Positions 29,101-38,203 of a stretch of 64,000 nt of DNA are shown in pieces. A program made the translations under genes and the position numbers. Every line of letters starts with the position of its first letter. Within the stretch, counting starts at the first letter, position 1. The notes below the pieces were generated by a model, which saw only the letters and a list, made by a program, of their open reading frames with translations, was not told the DNA's origin and made no database searches. The DNA is taken from assembly GCF_028368995.1 (NCBI RefSeq), contig NZ_JAQNDL010000001.1, forward strand, positions 832,001-896,000, in the 5' to 3' direction. The stretch comes from Nannocystis bainbridge (lineage in GTDB: Bacteria > Myxococcota_A > Polyangia > Nannocystales > Nannocystaceae).

Positions 29101-29908
29101 GTGCACCGGCACCAACTTCGAGATCGTGTCGGGCCAGTCGCACCGGCTGATCGCCCACTTCCTGCTCGGCGACCTGCGCGTGGTCGGCCAGCGGCTGGCG
29201 ACCTTCATCGCCGAGGCCCGCGACCGCGACGACAGCTGGTCCGACGCGCTGCTGCGCGGCGGGCCGCAGGTCGCCTACTGGCTGGCCGAGGACGACCTCC
29301 TGCGGGCCCGCGCCGAGATCGGCTACGTGCAGCAGCGCCTGCCCGAGGAGTCGCTCGGCGCGCCGCGGCTGTGGACCTTCGTCGGCAGCCTGCTGGTCGA
29401 CTTCTACGGCGACGACCCGGCCGCCCCGTGGGGCCGCGTCGAGCGCGAGTTCGCCGACCTCGAGACCTCGTTCCTGTTCCACAGCCAGTGGGCCCACGTC
29501 GTGCTCGGCTTCCTGCGGGCCCAGGCGGCCCTGCTGCGCCTCGTCTCCGACCACGGCGACAGCGAGCGCGCCGGCCTGGTCCGCCTGGTCGAGCACGAGG
29601 CCTCGCGCCTGGCCCTCGAGACAGCCCCGTGGGCCCGCCCGCTCGGCGAGCTGGTCGGCGCCGGCCTGGCCGCCGTGCAGGGCCAGCGGGAGCGCGCCCT
29701 GGCCGGCCTGCGCGCCGCCGAGCCGGGCCTGCGCGGCGCCGACATGGCGCTCTACGCCGCCGCCGCCCGCCGTCGCCTCGGCGAGCTCACCGGCGGCGAC
29801 AAGGGCGCCGAGCTGATCGCCGCCGCCGACATCGCCCTCGGCGAGCAGGGCGTGCGCCGCCCCGACCGCATGACCCGCGCGCTCCTGCCCGGCTTCCCCA
29901 GCCGCTGA
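26102..29908 (+). CDS. Ser/Thr protein kinase with AAA+ (STAND-like) ATPase and helical C-terminus
   Basis: GAGGMGVVY, VALK, HRDIKPSN, DFG, SPE; FVGRE, GRSGMGKS, IDDLQW, GNPLF. Confidence 0.93.
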   Translation: MSRDDNTQLSLEEAMSFRSGDDLTGDGENPPSHPPEPDPGESAQFVSFAADKRFNIVRRVGAGGMGVVYEAIDRERAHPVALKTLLNVSPGALYRFKREFRALADVAHPNVIQLHELFFEGEQIFFTMEYIDGLEFVEYVRGEAEDPTDADPAALAAEREQGWERLRAALRQLAAGLGALHAAGKLHRDIKPSNVLITREGRLVILDFGLVSDSITETVRSTEAGGVVGTPAYISPEQAGGQPASAASDWYAVGVMVFQALTGELPFKGRGLKIMIAKQERDAPVPSSIVSGLPKDLEELCLALLNRDPKARPGSAEVLQRVGSGPTGIRPRAAANQERDLFVGREGQLRALQDAAAATQKGRAALVQVYGRSGMGKSALVREFLARLQRGPAVVLAGRCYERESVSFKALDSLIDALAKHLLRLQEAKVAELIPRDVHALARVFPVLQRVKAVTQAPRRSVDIPDPRELRRRAFAALKELLARLADRAPLVLHIDDLQWGDRDSAALLADLLRPPDAPALLLIASYRTEAHNGAVLKTLREAARGELDLRELHIGPLSEVDAEDLAQSLLPANLRSRARQLAREAQGNPLFVSELVRHLLATGERPGERGEVTLDRVLLTRIDALPPPARRLLEIAAVAGGPVDLRLAGAAAGLPETHAALATLRSEHLVLTRSGDSEIIETYHDRVRELVLAALPPDDLKARHRDLAIAMENHGERDSDTLALHYREAGEWERAGDYAQMAADQAAAALAFDRAARLYRLALEFKPHSDKGRAELSVRLADALANAGRGVKAARLYLEAAASEPPARALELRRRAGEQFLRAGQLPEGMTTIRQVLAAAGMSLPATSRALHTSLAWERARWRLRGLGLRERDPKTVNPDDLVRLAVCRTLSSSLSVHDLPLTALFQARYLNLAYKTGNIFHAACALAAEVAFVSSGGEADRARTEKLASAAQAMLQRTPEALPRGLLALSRGVAAFHFGRWRESIVLLEQSEQILRGECTGTNFEIVSGQSHRLIAHFLLGDLRVVGQRLATFIAEARDRDDSWSDALLRGGPQVAYWLAEDDLLRARAEIGYVQQRLPEESLGAPRLWTFVGSLLVDFYGDDPAAPWGRVEREFADLETSFLFHSQWAHVVLGFLRAQAALLRLVSDHGDSERAGLVRLVEHEASRLALETAPWARPLGELVGAGLAAVQGQRERALAGLRAAEPGLRGADMALYAAAARRRLGELTGGDKGAELIAAADIALGEQGVRRPDRMTRALLPGFPSR

Positions 29909-29909
29909 A

Positions 29910-29989
29910 CGACCTGTCTGCGCGGGCATGTCCCCACGGACATGCGCTGCGGGACATGTCCTTTCGAGCATGCTCCAGAGAGCGTGTCC
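29910..29989. repeat. 14-bp-period CATG array (6 units)
   Basis: Cores at 29913 (CCTG), 29927, 29941, 29955, 29969, 29983 (CGTG). Confidence 0.92.
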
Positions 29990-30082
29990 CTCCGTTCAGG
30001 CCGCGCTCCGCCGTCGGGCCGCGAGCGTCGCGCTCGTCGCTCCCGCACCCGCGTTCCCCGGCCCGTCAGCGACCGCGCCCGC

Positions 30083-31108
30083 TCACTGCCGCAGCAGCCA
30101 CCAGTCGAACCGCTGCTCTTGCGCGCAGGCGCCCGGCTCGAACGACTGGCCGTTATAGGCCTCGAACGTCGCGCTCGCCAGCTTCACCGACGCGTGCGAC
30201 CCCTGCTCGACCTCGACCGGCTCCTCGCCGACGAAGCGCAGGCGGTACTCGACCGCCTTGTCGGGGCAGCAGTCGCCCGGGTCGGCGCAGCCGCACTCGA
30301 CCCCCGCCGGCACCAGCTGGACCGCCAGCTTGGCCGCCGAGATGCTCTCCACCGCCGGGTCGACCGACACCGTGTCGTGGCCGAGGATCACCAGCGGCGC
30401 CTTCTTCCCCGGCGCGTTGCTGTTGTCCGACCACAGCGCCATCTGCTTGAACTGGCACGGCTGCGGCGCCGGCACGTCGATCGCCCCGTGAGCCGACAGG
30501 TACACGCACATCGAGAGCTCGATCTCCTCCGCCGGCTCGGGGGTGGAGAACCCGAATTGCAGCGTCTGCGAGAAGTTGCAGCCGCTGCAGCCCGCCCCCG
30601 GATCGGCCGAACAGGCGACGGCCGTGACGAACCCGCCCTCGACGCTGATGATCCGGTAGTTGCGCCCCGGGAGGTCGAGGCAGGCCTGCGGCACGAGGCC
30701 GCTCCACTGCCGCGCCCGCAGCTCCGCCGGCCCGTACGCGGTCGCACCGCACGCGGGCAGGGCGTCCTCGGTGGTCGTGCTCGTCGAGCTCGAAGTATCG
30801 CCCGAGCTCGTGGTCGTCGAGGTCGTCGTCAGGTCCGGCCCGCTCGTCACCACGTTGCCGCTGGTCGAAGTCGTCGAGGTCGAGGGGCTCGGATCCTCCG
30901 AGGTGCTCGTCTCCTCGCTGGTGGTCGAGTCCGTCGTCGTCGTCGTCGAAGTGTCCGGCCCGTCGACCGTCGCCCCGCTCGCCTGCCCGCCGCTCGAACT
31001 GCCGGGCCCCTCGGTGACCATGAAGGCAGGGTTGTCTTTCCAGCAGCCGGCGAGCACCAGCCCGCATCCCGCCACCACCGCCGCCCGTCGCCCTGCCATG
31101 CCCCGCAT
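30083..31108 (-). CDS. Hypothetical lipoprotein with Thr/Ser stalk
   Basis: LAGC-WKDNPAF N-terminus; Cys-containing C-terminal domain. Confidence 0.75.
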   Translation of the reverse strand: MRGMAGRRAAVVAGCGLVLAGCWKDNPAFMVTEGPGSSSGGQASGATVDGPDTSTTTTTDSTTSEETSTSEDPSPSTSTTSTSGNVVTSGPDLTTTSTTTSSGDTSSSTSTTTEDALPACGATAYGPAELRARQWSGLVPQACLDLPGRNYRIISVEGGFVTAVACSADPGAGCSGCNFSQTLQFGFSTPEPAEEIELSMCVYLSAHGAIDVPAPQPCQFKQMALWSDNSNAPGKKAPLVILGHDTVSVDPAVESISAAKLAVQLVPAGVECGCADPGDCCPDKAVEYRLRFVGEEPVEVEQGSHASVKLASATFEAYNGQSFEPGACAQEQRFDWWLLRQ

Positions 31109-31419
31109 CCTGCGACGATACCTGTCACATTCCGGCAAGGCGCGGGCGTCCTGGAGCCGGACCCCCGCGTGAGCCACCTCTGTGCGCCGCCCGGGGCGTT
31201 TTCGCGGCAAAACCGACGTTCCAGCGCGCTCTGCGTTCGCAAATCCGGGCCACACCGGGCCCGATCCATCCACCGACCCGAGCGCGATGACGAATGCCAC
31301 CGATTTCGCGCGCCGAGAGCTCGGCTCGCCGGCAATGGCGATGCTGTCTCTCGGGACATCCATTGCGATGCCGCATGCGCACCCGGGCCCGACTCGCGGT
31401 CACCGCCGCCCGCGCGCGC

Positions 31420-31610
31420 ACCCCTCGTGCCCCGCGGCGCGCCCGAGCGCACGAGCACCCGGGCGCGCCCGCACATCGTGCTCCGCGGCGCTCCTGGACG
31501 CGCGAGCACCTCGTGCTCCGCGGCGCTTCAAGGCCCACGAGCATCCCGATCTCCGCGGCGCTCCCGGGCGTGCGAGCACCTCGGGCCCCGCAGCACTTCC
31601 GGGCCCACGT
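31420..31610. repeat. Degenerate tandem repeat of about 30 bp
   Basis: Recurring CGAGCACC..TCGTGCTCCGCGGCGCTC in the divergent intergenic region. Confidence 0.55.
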
Positions 31611-31687
31611 CGACGCCGCGCACCCTCCCCACGTCAACCCCGCAGCAGCCCGGATCCGCGGCTCTCGCGTGCGCCCGGCCTATGCAT

Positions 31688-31711
31688 CGACATGTCTCTC
31701 AAGACATCTCA
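31688..31711. repeat. 14-bp-period CATG pair
   Basis: Cores at 31691 and 31705 (CATC). Confidence 0.6.
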
Positions 31712-31928
31712 AATTCCATACGTCTCCGTCCATTCCTTCGTCGATCACACGCCTGCCCGATCGCCCCAGCCGGGCGGCTGTCGACGCCCCCGCACGTTGC
31801 GAGTGCGCGCATACACGCCCCTCCGCGAGGTCGCCCGACACCGCCCGACCCGACCCCGCAGCCCCCTCCTCCCCGCAATTGATCGCCTCTTGACTGGCGG
31901 CCCCTCATTCACCGCCCAACTCCTGGGC

Positions 31929-32270
31929 ATGCGACGATTCACCCTCGCGCTCGCTGTGGCTCTCGGCGCCGGCCTCGCCCTCGGCGGGGTCGCCGGCGCG
32001 AGCCCTCGCAAGGCCTGCCACGGCGCCCAGCGGCCGTGCGGCGACGAATGCTACGACCCCTTCACCGAGAGCTGCCAGCCGGGCGCCCTGGTCTGCCGCG
32101 CCGCGCAGCGGGCCTGCGGCGGCCAATGTTATGACCCGTTCTATCAGCGCTGCAGCACCGGCAAGGTCGAGTGCGCCGGTTCGCAGAAGCCGTGCGGCGA
32201 GCAATGCTACGACCCGGTCACCGAGGATTGCCGGCTCGCTACCCACGGCGAGCCCCCCGAACCCGCCTGA
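31929..32270 (+). CDS. Small secreted Cys-rich protein with three CGxxCYDP repeats
   Basis: Signal peptide; C...Q.(P/A)CG..CYDP...C repeated three times. Confidence 0.8.
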   Translation: MRRFTLALAVALGAGLALGGVAGASPRKACHGAQRPCGDECYDPFTESCQPGALVCRAAQRACGGQCYDPFYQRCSTGKVECAGSQKPCGEQCYDPVTEDCRLATHGEPPEPA

Positions 32271-32398
32271 ACCGCCACGCCCCCGCACGAGGCCGCCCGA
32301 ACGCGCCTGACTGTGACGCCCGCCGGTCACCTGCCCCGCGCGTCCGTCCGAGCATCACGAAGCGCGCCCCATCCCCCGCCCGGAGCCCCCCTTTTAAA

Positions 32399-32464
32399 AG
32401 AAATGCGCGAAGAGACATGCCCATCAGGACATGCCCCTTCGCACATGCCCTCACGGGCATGTCG
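32399..32464. repeat. 14-bp-period CATG array (5 units)
   Basis: Cores at 32402 (AATG), 32416, 32430, 32444, 32458. Confidence 0.92.
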
Positions 32465-32479
32465 TTTCGCGCAGCTCGC

Positions 32480-33274
32480 TCAGGCCCGCAGCGAAGCGAT
32501 CTTGTCGCGCTGGCTGCGGGCGACCTTCAGCGTCGCGCCGCCCTCGAGCACCACCACCGCCTCGCGCCGGCCGCCGCTGCGGAGCTCGCGGATCCGCCGG
32601 CGGTTGACGATCGCCGAGCGGTGGATCCGGACGAACTGCGACGGGTCGAGCCGGCGCTCCAGGCTCTGCATCGTCTCGCGGTGCAGGTAGCTCTTGGGCC
32701 CGGCGTGGATCTGCACGTAGTAGTCGGCCGCCTCGATCCAGTCGATCTCGTCGGCGCGCAGGAGCACCACCCGGCTGCCGTCCTTGATCGCCAGGCGATC
32801 GGCAGGCTGCGCCACCACCGGCACCGGCCCGCGCGGCTCGCCGACATCGGCCAGCAGCGCCGCCAGCCGGCGCCGCAAGCCCTCGAGCTCCGCCCCCTGC
32901 AGCTGGGCCTTGGCCCGCCGCAGCACCTCGACGAAGCGCTCGTCGTCGAACGGCTTCAGCAGGTAGTCGAGCCCGTGGACCTCGAGCGCCTGCACCGCGT
33001 AGCGGTCGAACGCGGTCACGAACACCACCCCGGGCACGCTCGCCGGCGGCAGCGAGGCCAGCACCTGGAACCCGGAACATTCCGGCATCTGCACGTCGAG
33101 GACCACCAGGTCGGGCCGCAGCGCCTCGATCCGGCTGGCCGCCTCGCGCCCGGAGGCGACCTCGCCGATGACCTCGATGTCGGCGTCCCGACCGAGCAGC
33201 AAGCGGATGCCCTCGCGGGCCAGGGGTTCGTCGTCGATGATCAGGGTCTTAATTGTAGGGTTACGCTCCAACAT
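32480..33274 (-). CDS. LytTR family response regulator
   Basis: IIDDEPLAR, LDVQMP, DYLLKPF, FVRIHRSAIVN. Confidence 0.93.
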   Translation of the reverse strand: MLERNPTIKTLIIDDEPLAREGIRLLLGRDADIEVIGEVASGREAASRIEALRPDLVVLDVQMPECSGFQVLASLPPASVPGVVFVTAFDRYAVQALEVHGLDYLLKPFDDERFVEVLRRAKAQLQGAELEGLRRRLAALLADVGEPRGPVPVVAQPADRLAIKDGSRVVLLRADEIDWIEAADYYVQIHAGPKSYLHRETMQSLERRLDPSQFVRIHRSAIVNRRRIRELRSGGRREAVVVLEGGATLKVARSQRDKIASLRA

Positions 33275-33679
33275 ACATCGGCTCCTCGAAGGCTGGGGGG
33301 ATCTGCAGCGACACCGCGGCTCCGCAGCCACGCGCTGCCGTGAGCTCGAATCGATGCTCGGCTGAATAGAGGCGTGAAACTCGGGCGGCCGCGGCGAGAT
33401 GGAGCCACGGTAGCGATCGGCCCGCATGGCAGCCACGCGCGGCCATCCCCCTCGCAGGGGAGCCGTGTGACGGCGCGGCCGAATCGGGGCGATGCTCCAT
33501 GCGCGAGACCTCGGCCCTTACGACCTGACCGCGGCCCGAGTGGTTGCAGCGAAGCGACGTGAAGGCGCAGCGAGCGGCCCGCTAATTTTAAATGAAACCG
33601 CCGCGCATCCGCGCGGGTCCCATCGAATTGGCCGCCATGCCGCGCCCTCGCGCGGGCGCCCTCTCGGCCCCGCGAGCGC

Positions 33680-35188
33680 TCAGCGCTCGGCCAGCACGAA
33701 GGCCATCAGCGCCATCGCGGCCGCGTTGCGCTCGAGGTGGTCCGGATCGATCTTGTCGAAGGTATCCGCCGGGCTGTGGTGCAGGTCGAAGTACGCGCTG
33801 ACGTCCGGGTGGAGCCCGAGGCTCAACACCCCGTCCTTCGTCAGCGGCGAGATGTCGGCCCCGCCTCCGCCCGCCTCGAGCACGCTGGCCCCGAGCCCGT
33901 CGAACAGCGGCGCGAACCGCTGCAGCGCCGCGACCTGCTCCGGCGTGCCGCTGATGCCGAACCCTCGCGGCGCCCCCGAGCCGGTGTCGGCCTCGATCGC
34001 CGCCACGTGCTTCTCCTTGCCGTGGGCCGCGTGGTACGCCTTGGCCCCGCGCAGGCCGTTCTCCTCGTTGGTGAACAGCACCACCCGGATCGTCCGTCGC
34101 GGCACCAGCCCCAGCTCCTTGAGCAGCGCCGCCGCCTCGATCGCCATCATGCAGCCGCCGCCGTCGTCGGTGCTGCCGTCGCCCACGTCCCACGAGTCGA
34201 TGTGCCCGCCGATCACCACGATCTCGTCGGGCAGCTCGCGCCCGCGCAGCTCGGCGATCGCGTTGCCGCTGACGCTGTCGGGCAACGTCTTGGCCCCGAG
34301 CGACAGCTCGACCGTGGTCTTGCCGCGGCGGGCCAGGCGGGCCAGCAGCTCCGCGTCCTCGAGCGTGAGCGCGGCCGCCGGGATCTTCTTGACCCCGTCC
34401 TCGTAGCGCAGCGCCCCGGTGTGCGGGCTCCGCAGGCTGTTGGCGGTGACCGAGCGGACCAGCACCGCCCTGGCCCCGACCTTGGCCGCCTCCGTCGCCC
34501 CGCTGCCGCGGATCCGCACCGTATCGCCGTAGTGCGTCTCGTTGCGCGCGTGGTCGAAGCGCGGCATCGCCTGGTTCACCACCACGATCTTGTCGCGCAG
34601 CTCGGCCCCGCGGGTCACGATCTCGGCCAGCGACTCGACCACCGCGACCTCGCCGCGGACCTTGCCGCCGACCGTCCCGCCGAGCCCGAGGATCACCAGG
34701 TCGCGCTCGATCGGCGCCACCACCCGCGCCCGCTCGGCCCCGCGGACCCAGTGCGGCACCATCACCTTCTCGCGCCGCGGATTGTCGAGCCCGTCGCGCT
34801 TCATCTGCGCGATCGTCCAGTCGATCGCCTTCTCGAGCGAACGCGACCCGCTCAGGCGGTGACCGAACGTGTCCGAAAGGACAGCCAGCAGCTCCCACGC
34901 GCGCGTGCGGCCCAGCGCCGCCGCGGTCAGCCGCTCGGCCGCGTCGACGAACACCGGCGGCAGCTCGTCGACCCGCGGCGTCGTCGCGCTGACCGCCGTC
35001 GCCGACGGCAGCGACGGCTTGTCGCCGCCGAACACCGGCCCCGCGCCCGCGTGCGAGCCCGGCGGCATCCCCCCGACCGGCATCGACTCGCCGCGGATCA
35101 TCGGCGGCGCCGTCTCGCTCGACTTCGGGGCCGGGCAGGCGGACACGGCAGCGGCGAGGAGCAGGCAGGACGCGAGGCGCACCCGCAT
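33680..35188 (-). CDS. M28 family metallopeptidase (carboxypeptidase Q-like) lipoprotein
   Basis: GHRLSGS, GGHIDSWD, DDGGG, NEENG, HHSPADT; lipobox VSAC. Confidence 0.92.
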   Translation of the reverse strand: MRVRLASCLLLAAAVSACPAPKSSETAPPMIRGESMPVGGMPPGSHAGAGPVFGGDKPSLPSATAVSATTPRVDELPPVFVDAAERLTAAALGRTRAWELLAVLSDTFGHRLSGSRSLEKAIDWTIAQMKRDGLDNPRREKVMVPHWVRGAERARVVAPIERDLVILGLGGTVGGKVRGEVAVVESLAEIVTRGAELRDKIVVVNQAMPRFDHARNETHYGDTVRIRGSGATEAAKVGARAVLVRSVTANSLRSPHTGALRYEDGVKKIPAAALTLEDAELLARLARRGKTTVELSLGAKTLPDSVSGNAIAELRGRELPDEIVVIGGHIDSWDVGDGSTDDGGGCMMAIEAAALLKELGLVPRRTIRVVLFTNEENGLRGAKAYHAAHGKEKHVAAIEADTGSGAPRGFGISGTPEQVAALQRFAPLFDGLGASVLEAGGGGADISPLTKDGVLSLGLHPDVSAYFDLHHSPADTFDKIDPDHLERNAAAMALMAFVLAER

Positions 35189-35223
35189 CCTCTACTGTAC
35201 CCGAGCGCGGACCCGCAAGGCCC

Positions 35224-35261
35224 GAAGCTGTCCCGAGAGCAATGTCTTTTCAGACATCTTC
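35224..35261. repeat. Degenerate 14-bp-period array at kinase 3' end
   Basis: Cores at 35227, 35241, 35255. Confidence 0.5.
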
Positions 35262-37832
35262 CGGCGCATCGGCCCACACGGCCCAGCCGGCGTCCCACGC
35301 GTCGGCTTCGTCACGGAAGGCGCCCGCGAACCGGGCCTCGGCGGCGAAGAACCCGTCGTCCGGCGGCGCGGCCGCGCCGGCGGTCAGCGGGGCCCGCGGC
35401 TTGTAGCGATTGGGGCCGGCCGGGTCGGCGCAGCCAGGGAGATCCGGATCTGCCACACGGGCGCCGGCGCGGGTCAACAGCGCCGCCTCGTCGAGGCCGA
35501 AGTCGTCGTCTGCCAGCGCCAGCTCGCCGCCCGGAACCTCGGCGTGGGCCAGCGGCGCGGCGAAGTTGCGCGCCAGCCACAGCCCGCCGCGCAGGTCGAC
35601 GGCGGTGTCGCGGTCACGCACGTCGAGCGGCGCCTCGAAGCCGACCACCACCGCGTTGCCGACCGTCGCCGCCGTGCCGCGGCGCAGCAACATCCCGTAG
35701 TGCTCGTGCTCGGCTCCGTGGCCGCGGCCGCACAGCGTCGCGTTGAAGATCGTCGGGGCCGAGCGCGGCGTGTTGAGCGACCCGCCGGGGTCGTTGTCGC
35801 CCTCGAGCCCGGCCGTGGTGTCGAGCGCCTCGGCCCCGTCGCGCAGCAGCAGGAACTGCAGCCGGCCGGTGTAGCCGAGGTCCCAGTCGAACCCGTCGTC
35901 GCCCGGGTCCTGGCAGATCAGGTGTTTGGCGTCGACGGTCCCGCCGAAGAACTCGAAGCAATCGTCGGCGGTGTGGCGCACCTGCACGTGATCGACCTGC
36001 GTCCCGCGGCCGACCCCGGCGAACGTGACCCCGTTGATCTCGTTGTTGGGCCCGAGCTCGGTCCCGCTGTACTCGACCCGCACGAACCGCAGCGACCCCG
36101 AGCTGTCCTCCGGGTCCTCTCCGCCGTACTCGCCGCCGTCGGCGATGCCCTCGACCCGCCCGACCGTCGCGCGCCCCTCGGCGTCGCGCAGGTTGGTCGG
36201 CGCCTTGCCGAGGATGATAAGCCCGCCCCAGTCCCCCGCCTTGCGCTCGCCCGGCCGCGCCTCGCTGGTGAACACGATCGGCCGCTCGCGCGTGCCCTCG
36301 GCCACCAGCTTCGCGCCCGGCTGGACCACCAGCGTCCCGCGGGTGTCGCGGTCGCCGACGATCGTCGTCCCCGGATCGATCGTCAGCGTCGCCCCCGGGC
36401 GCACGAACGTCACGAAGCGCAGCCGGTACACCTTGTCGCAGGTCAGCCGGGCCGCGTGCTCGATCTCCCCCGACAGCTCCACCACCGGCTTGTCGGCCCG
36501 CGCGCACGGCTCCACCACGGCTGGCTCTGCGGACATGTCCGAATCGACATGCTCCTCCGGACCTGCCTTGAAGAACATGGCCAAAGAGACAGCCAACGCC
36601 GCCGCCCCGAGCCCGACCGGCAACCAGCGCGGCACCTGCAGCGGCCGCCGCACCACCGGCGCCACCACCGACCAGGTGGCGTCGTGCGGCCCGCTCGGGC
36701 GCGCCGGGCTCGACTCGGCCGGGGCCTCGGCGGCGCGCGGGGCGTCGCGGCGGGTCGGCTCGTCGGGGTGCGCGAGGTCGCCGGGCCCGGGCTCCACGAG
36801 CGTCGCCGGGTCGGACAGGTCGAGTACCGGCAGGTCGTCGTGGGCCTGGCGCGCGCGCCGGATCTGCGCCTCGACCAGCCCGCGCAGGCTGGCCCGATCG
36901 GCGGCGAAGATGTCCCCGAGCGCGCTGCCGATCGCGCGCGGCGACGGGGCGCTCTTGCCGAGGTGCAGCTCGAGCGCCTCGCGGAACAGCTCGGCCGAGG
37001 CCGGGCGCGCCGATGGATCGATCGCCAGCGCCGAGGCCACCAGCGAGCGCAGCGCCGGCGTCGCCGCGGACTCGGCGGGCAGCGGCGGGATGTCGCCCTC
37101 TTCGAGCCGGCGCGCGATCGTCAGCTCGTCGAGCCCGCCCCACAGCCGCTGCTGCGCCAGCGCCTCCCACAGCATCACGCCGACCGAGAACAGGTCGCTG
37201 CGGCGATCGACCTGCTCGCCGCACACCTGCTCCGGCGACGAATAAGCCGCCTTGCCCTTGAACGTCCCGACCTCGGTGTCGCCGTCGCCCGCGAGCCGAG
37301 CGATGCCGAAATCGACCAGCTTGATCTGCCCGTCGTAGGTGACGATCACGTTGTGCGGCGACACGTCGCGGTGCACCAGCCCGAGCGGCCGGCCCTCGTA
37401 GTCGCGCAGCTCGTGGACGTAGTGGAGCCCGGCCAGCAGCTCGGCGAGGATCCGCAGGTGCATCGCCAGCGGCAGCCCGGGCGGCAGCGGCGGCGGCTGG
37501 TGCACGCGGCGGAGGATCCGGTGCAGCGCCTGGCCCTCGAGGTACTCCATGGCGATGAACGGCCGCCCGTCCTCGCTGCCGACCTCGTAGGTCTGGACCA
37601 CGTTGGGGTGCGACAGCAGCGTGGCGATCTTCGCCTCGCGCTGGAACATCGCCCGGTACTCCGGGTCGCGCACCAGCGCCGGCCGCAGGTCCTTGAGCAC
37701 GAGCAGCTTGAGCGCCCCGCCGACCCCGCGCGCGGCCGCGAGGTAGATGTCGGCCATCCCGCCGTGGCCGACGGCCGCGAGCCGACGAAACTTCGGCGCG
37801 TGCGGGCTCCGACTGCGCTCGTCGCTCGGCAT
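35250..37832 (-). CDS. Transmembrane Ser/Thr kinase with extracytoplasmic beta-helix domain
   Basis: GHGGMA, HRDVSPHN, DFG; single TM; C-terminal WGGLIILG, NEINGVTF, DDCFEFFGGTV, DDGFDWD. Confidence 0.88.
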   Translation of the reverse strand: MPSDERSRSPHAPKFRRLAAVGHGGMADIYLAAARGVGGALKLLVLKDLRPALVRDPEYRAMFQREAKIATLLSHPNVVQTYEVGSEDGRPFIAMEYLEGQALHRILRRVHQPPPLPPGLPLAMHLRILAELLAGLHYVHELRDYEGRPLGLVHRDVSPHNVIVTYDGQIKLVDFGIARLAGDGDTEVGTFKGKAAYSSPEQVCGEQVDRRSDLFSVGVMLWEALAQQRLWGGLDELTIARRLEEGDIPPLPAESAATPALRSLVASALAIDPSARPASAELFREALELHLGKSAPSPRAIGSALGDIFAADRASLRGLVEAQIRRARQAHDDLPVLDLSDPATLVEPGPGDLAHPDEPTRRDAPRAAEAPAESSPARPSGPHDATWSVVAPVVRRPLQVPRWLPVGLGAAALAVSLAMFFKAGPEEHVDSDMSAEPAVVEPCARADKPVVELSGEIEHAARLTCDKVYRLRFVTFVRPGATLTIDPGTTIVGDRDTRGTLVVQPGAKLVAEGTRERPIVFTSEARPGERKAGDWGGLIILGKAPTNLRDAEGRATVGRVEGIADGGEYGGEDPEDSSGSLRFVRVEYSGTELGPNNEINGVTFAGVGRGTQVDHVQVRHTADDCFEFFGGTVDAKHLICQDPGDDGFDWDLGYTGRLQFLLLRDGAEALDTTAGLEGDNDPGGSLNTPRSAPTIFNATLCGRGHGAEHEHYGMLLRRGTAATVGNAVVVGFEAPLDVRDRDTAVDLRGGLWLARNFAAPLAHAEVPGGELALADDDFGLDEAALLTRAGARVADPDLPGCADPAGPNRYKPRAPLTAGAAAPPDDGFFAAEARFAGAFRDEADAWDAGWAVWADAPEDV
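36531..36582. repeat. 14-bp-period CATG array inside kinase CDS (just after TM)
   Basis: Cores at 36534, 36548, 36562 (CCTG), 36576. Confidence 0.75.
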
Positions 37833-38203
37833 GCGCGCGGACGCTATGCCGCCGCTCGCGGCGCAGCAAGTGACATCTGCGCCAGGCGCTCCGGCGCCGC
37901 GGCGTCACAGACTGCGACATGTAGCCGCCGCATTTGTCACGCCTCGCGCCGCGCCGCGCGAAGAGAGCCACGAGGCGCCGTTCCAGGGGCGCAACGAGCT
38001 TGCTGGAGCGAAGTGACCCCACGGGTGGTCCACGAGGCCCCCACGTCGCTTCCACGCGATCGAGCAGGCGAATCGAAGAACGACGTAATCATGCGCGAGC
38101 GAAGCGAACATCGCACGCGCGGCGCGGCCGACGACCACGCCGCGAGCGGACGCACGGCCCCGCTGCGAAGCGCGAGCATGACTTCGGTCCGGTCGGCGAT
38201 CGA

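Noticed and set aside
23809-29971. Very long alternative ORFs (23809..27507 +, 25970..29971 -, also 34869..38222 + and 10438..12954 -)
   Set aside because: Arg/Ala/Pro-rich shadow frames expected at very high GC; they overlap genes with clear catalytic motifs.
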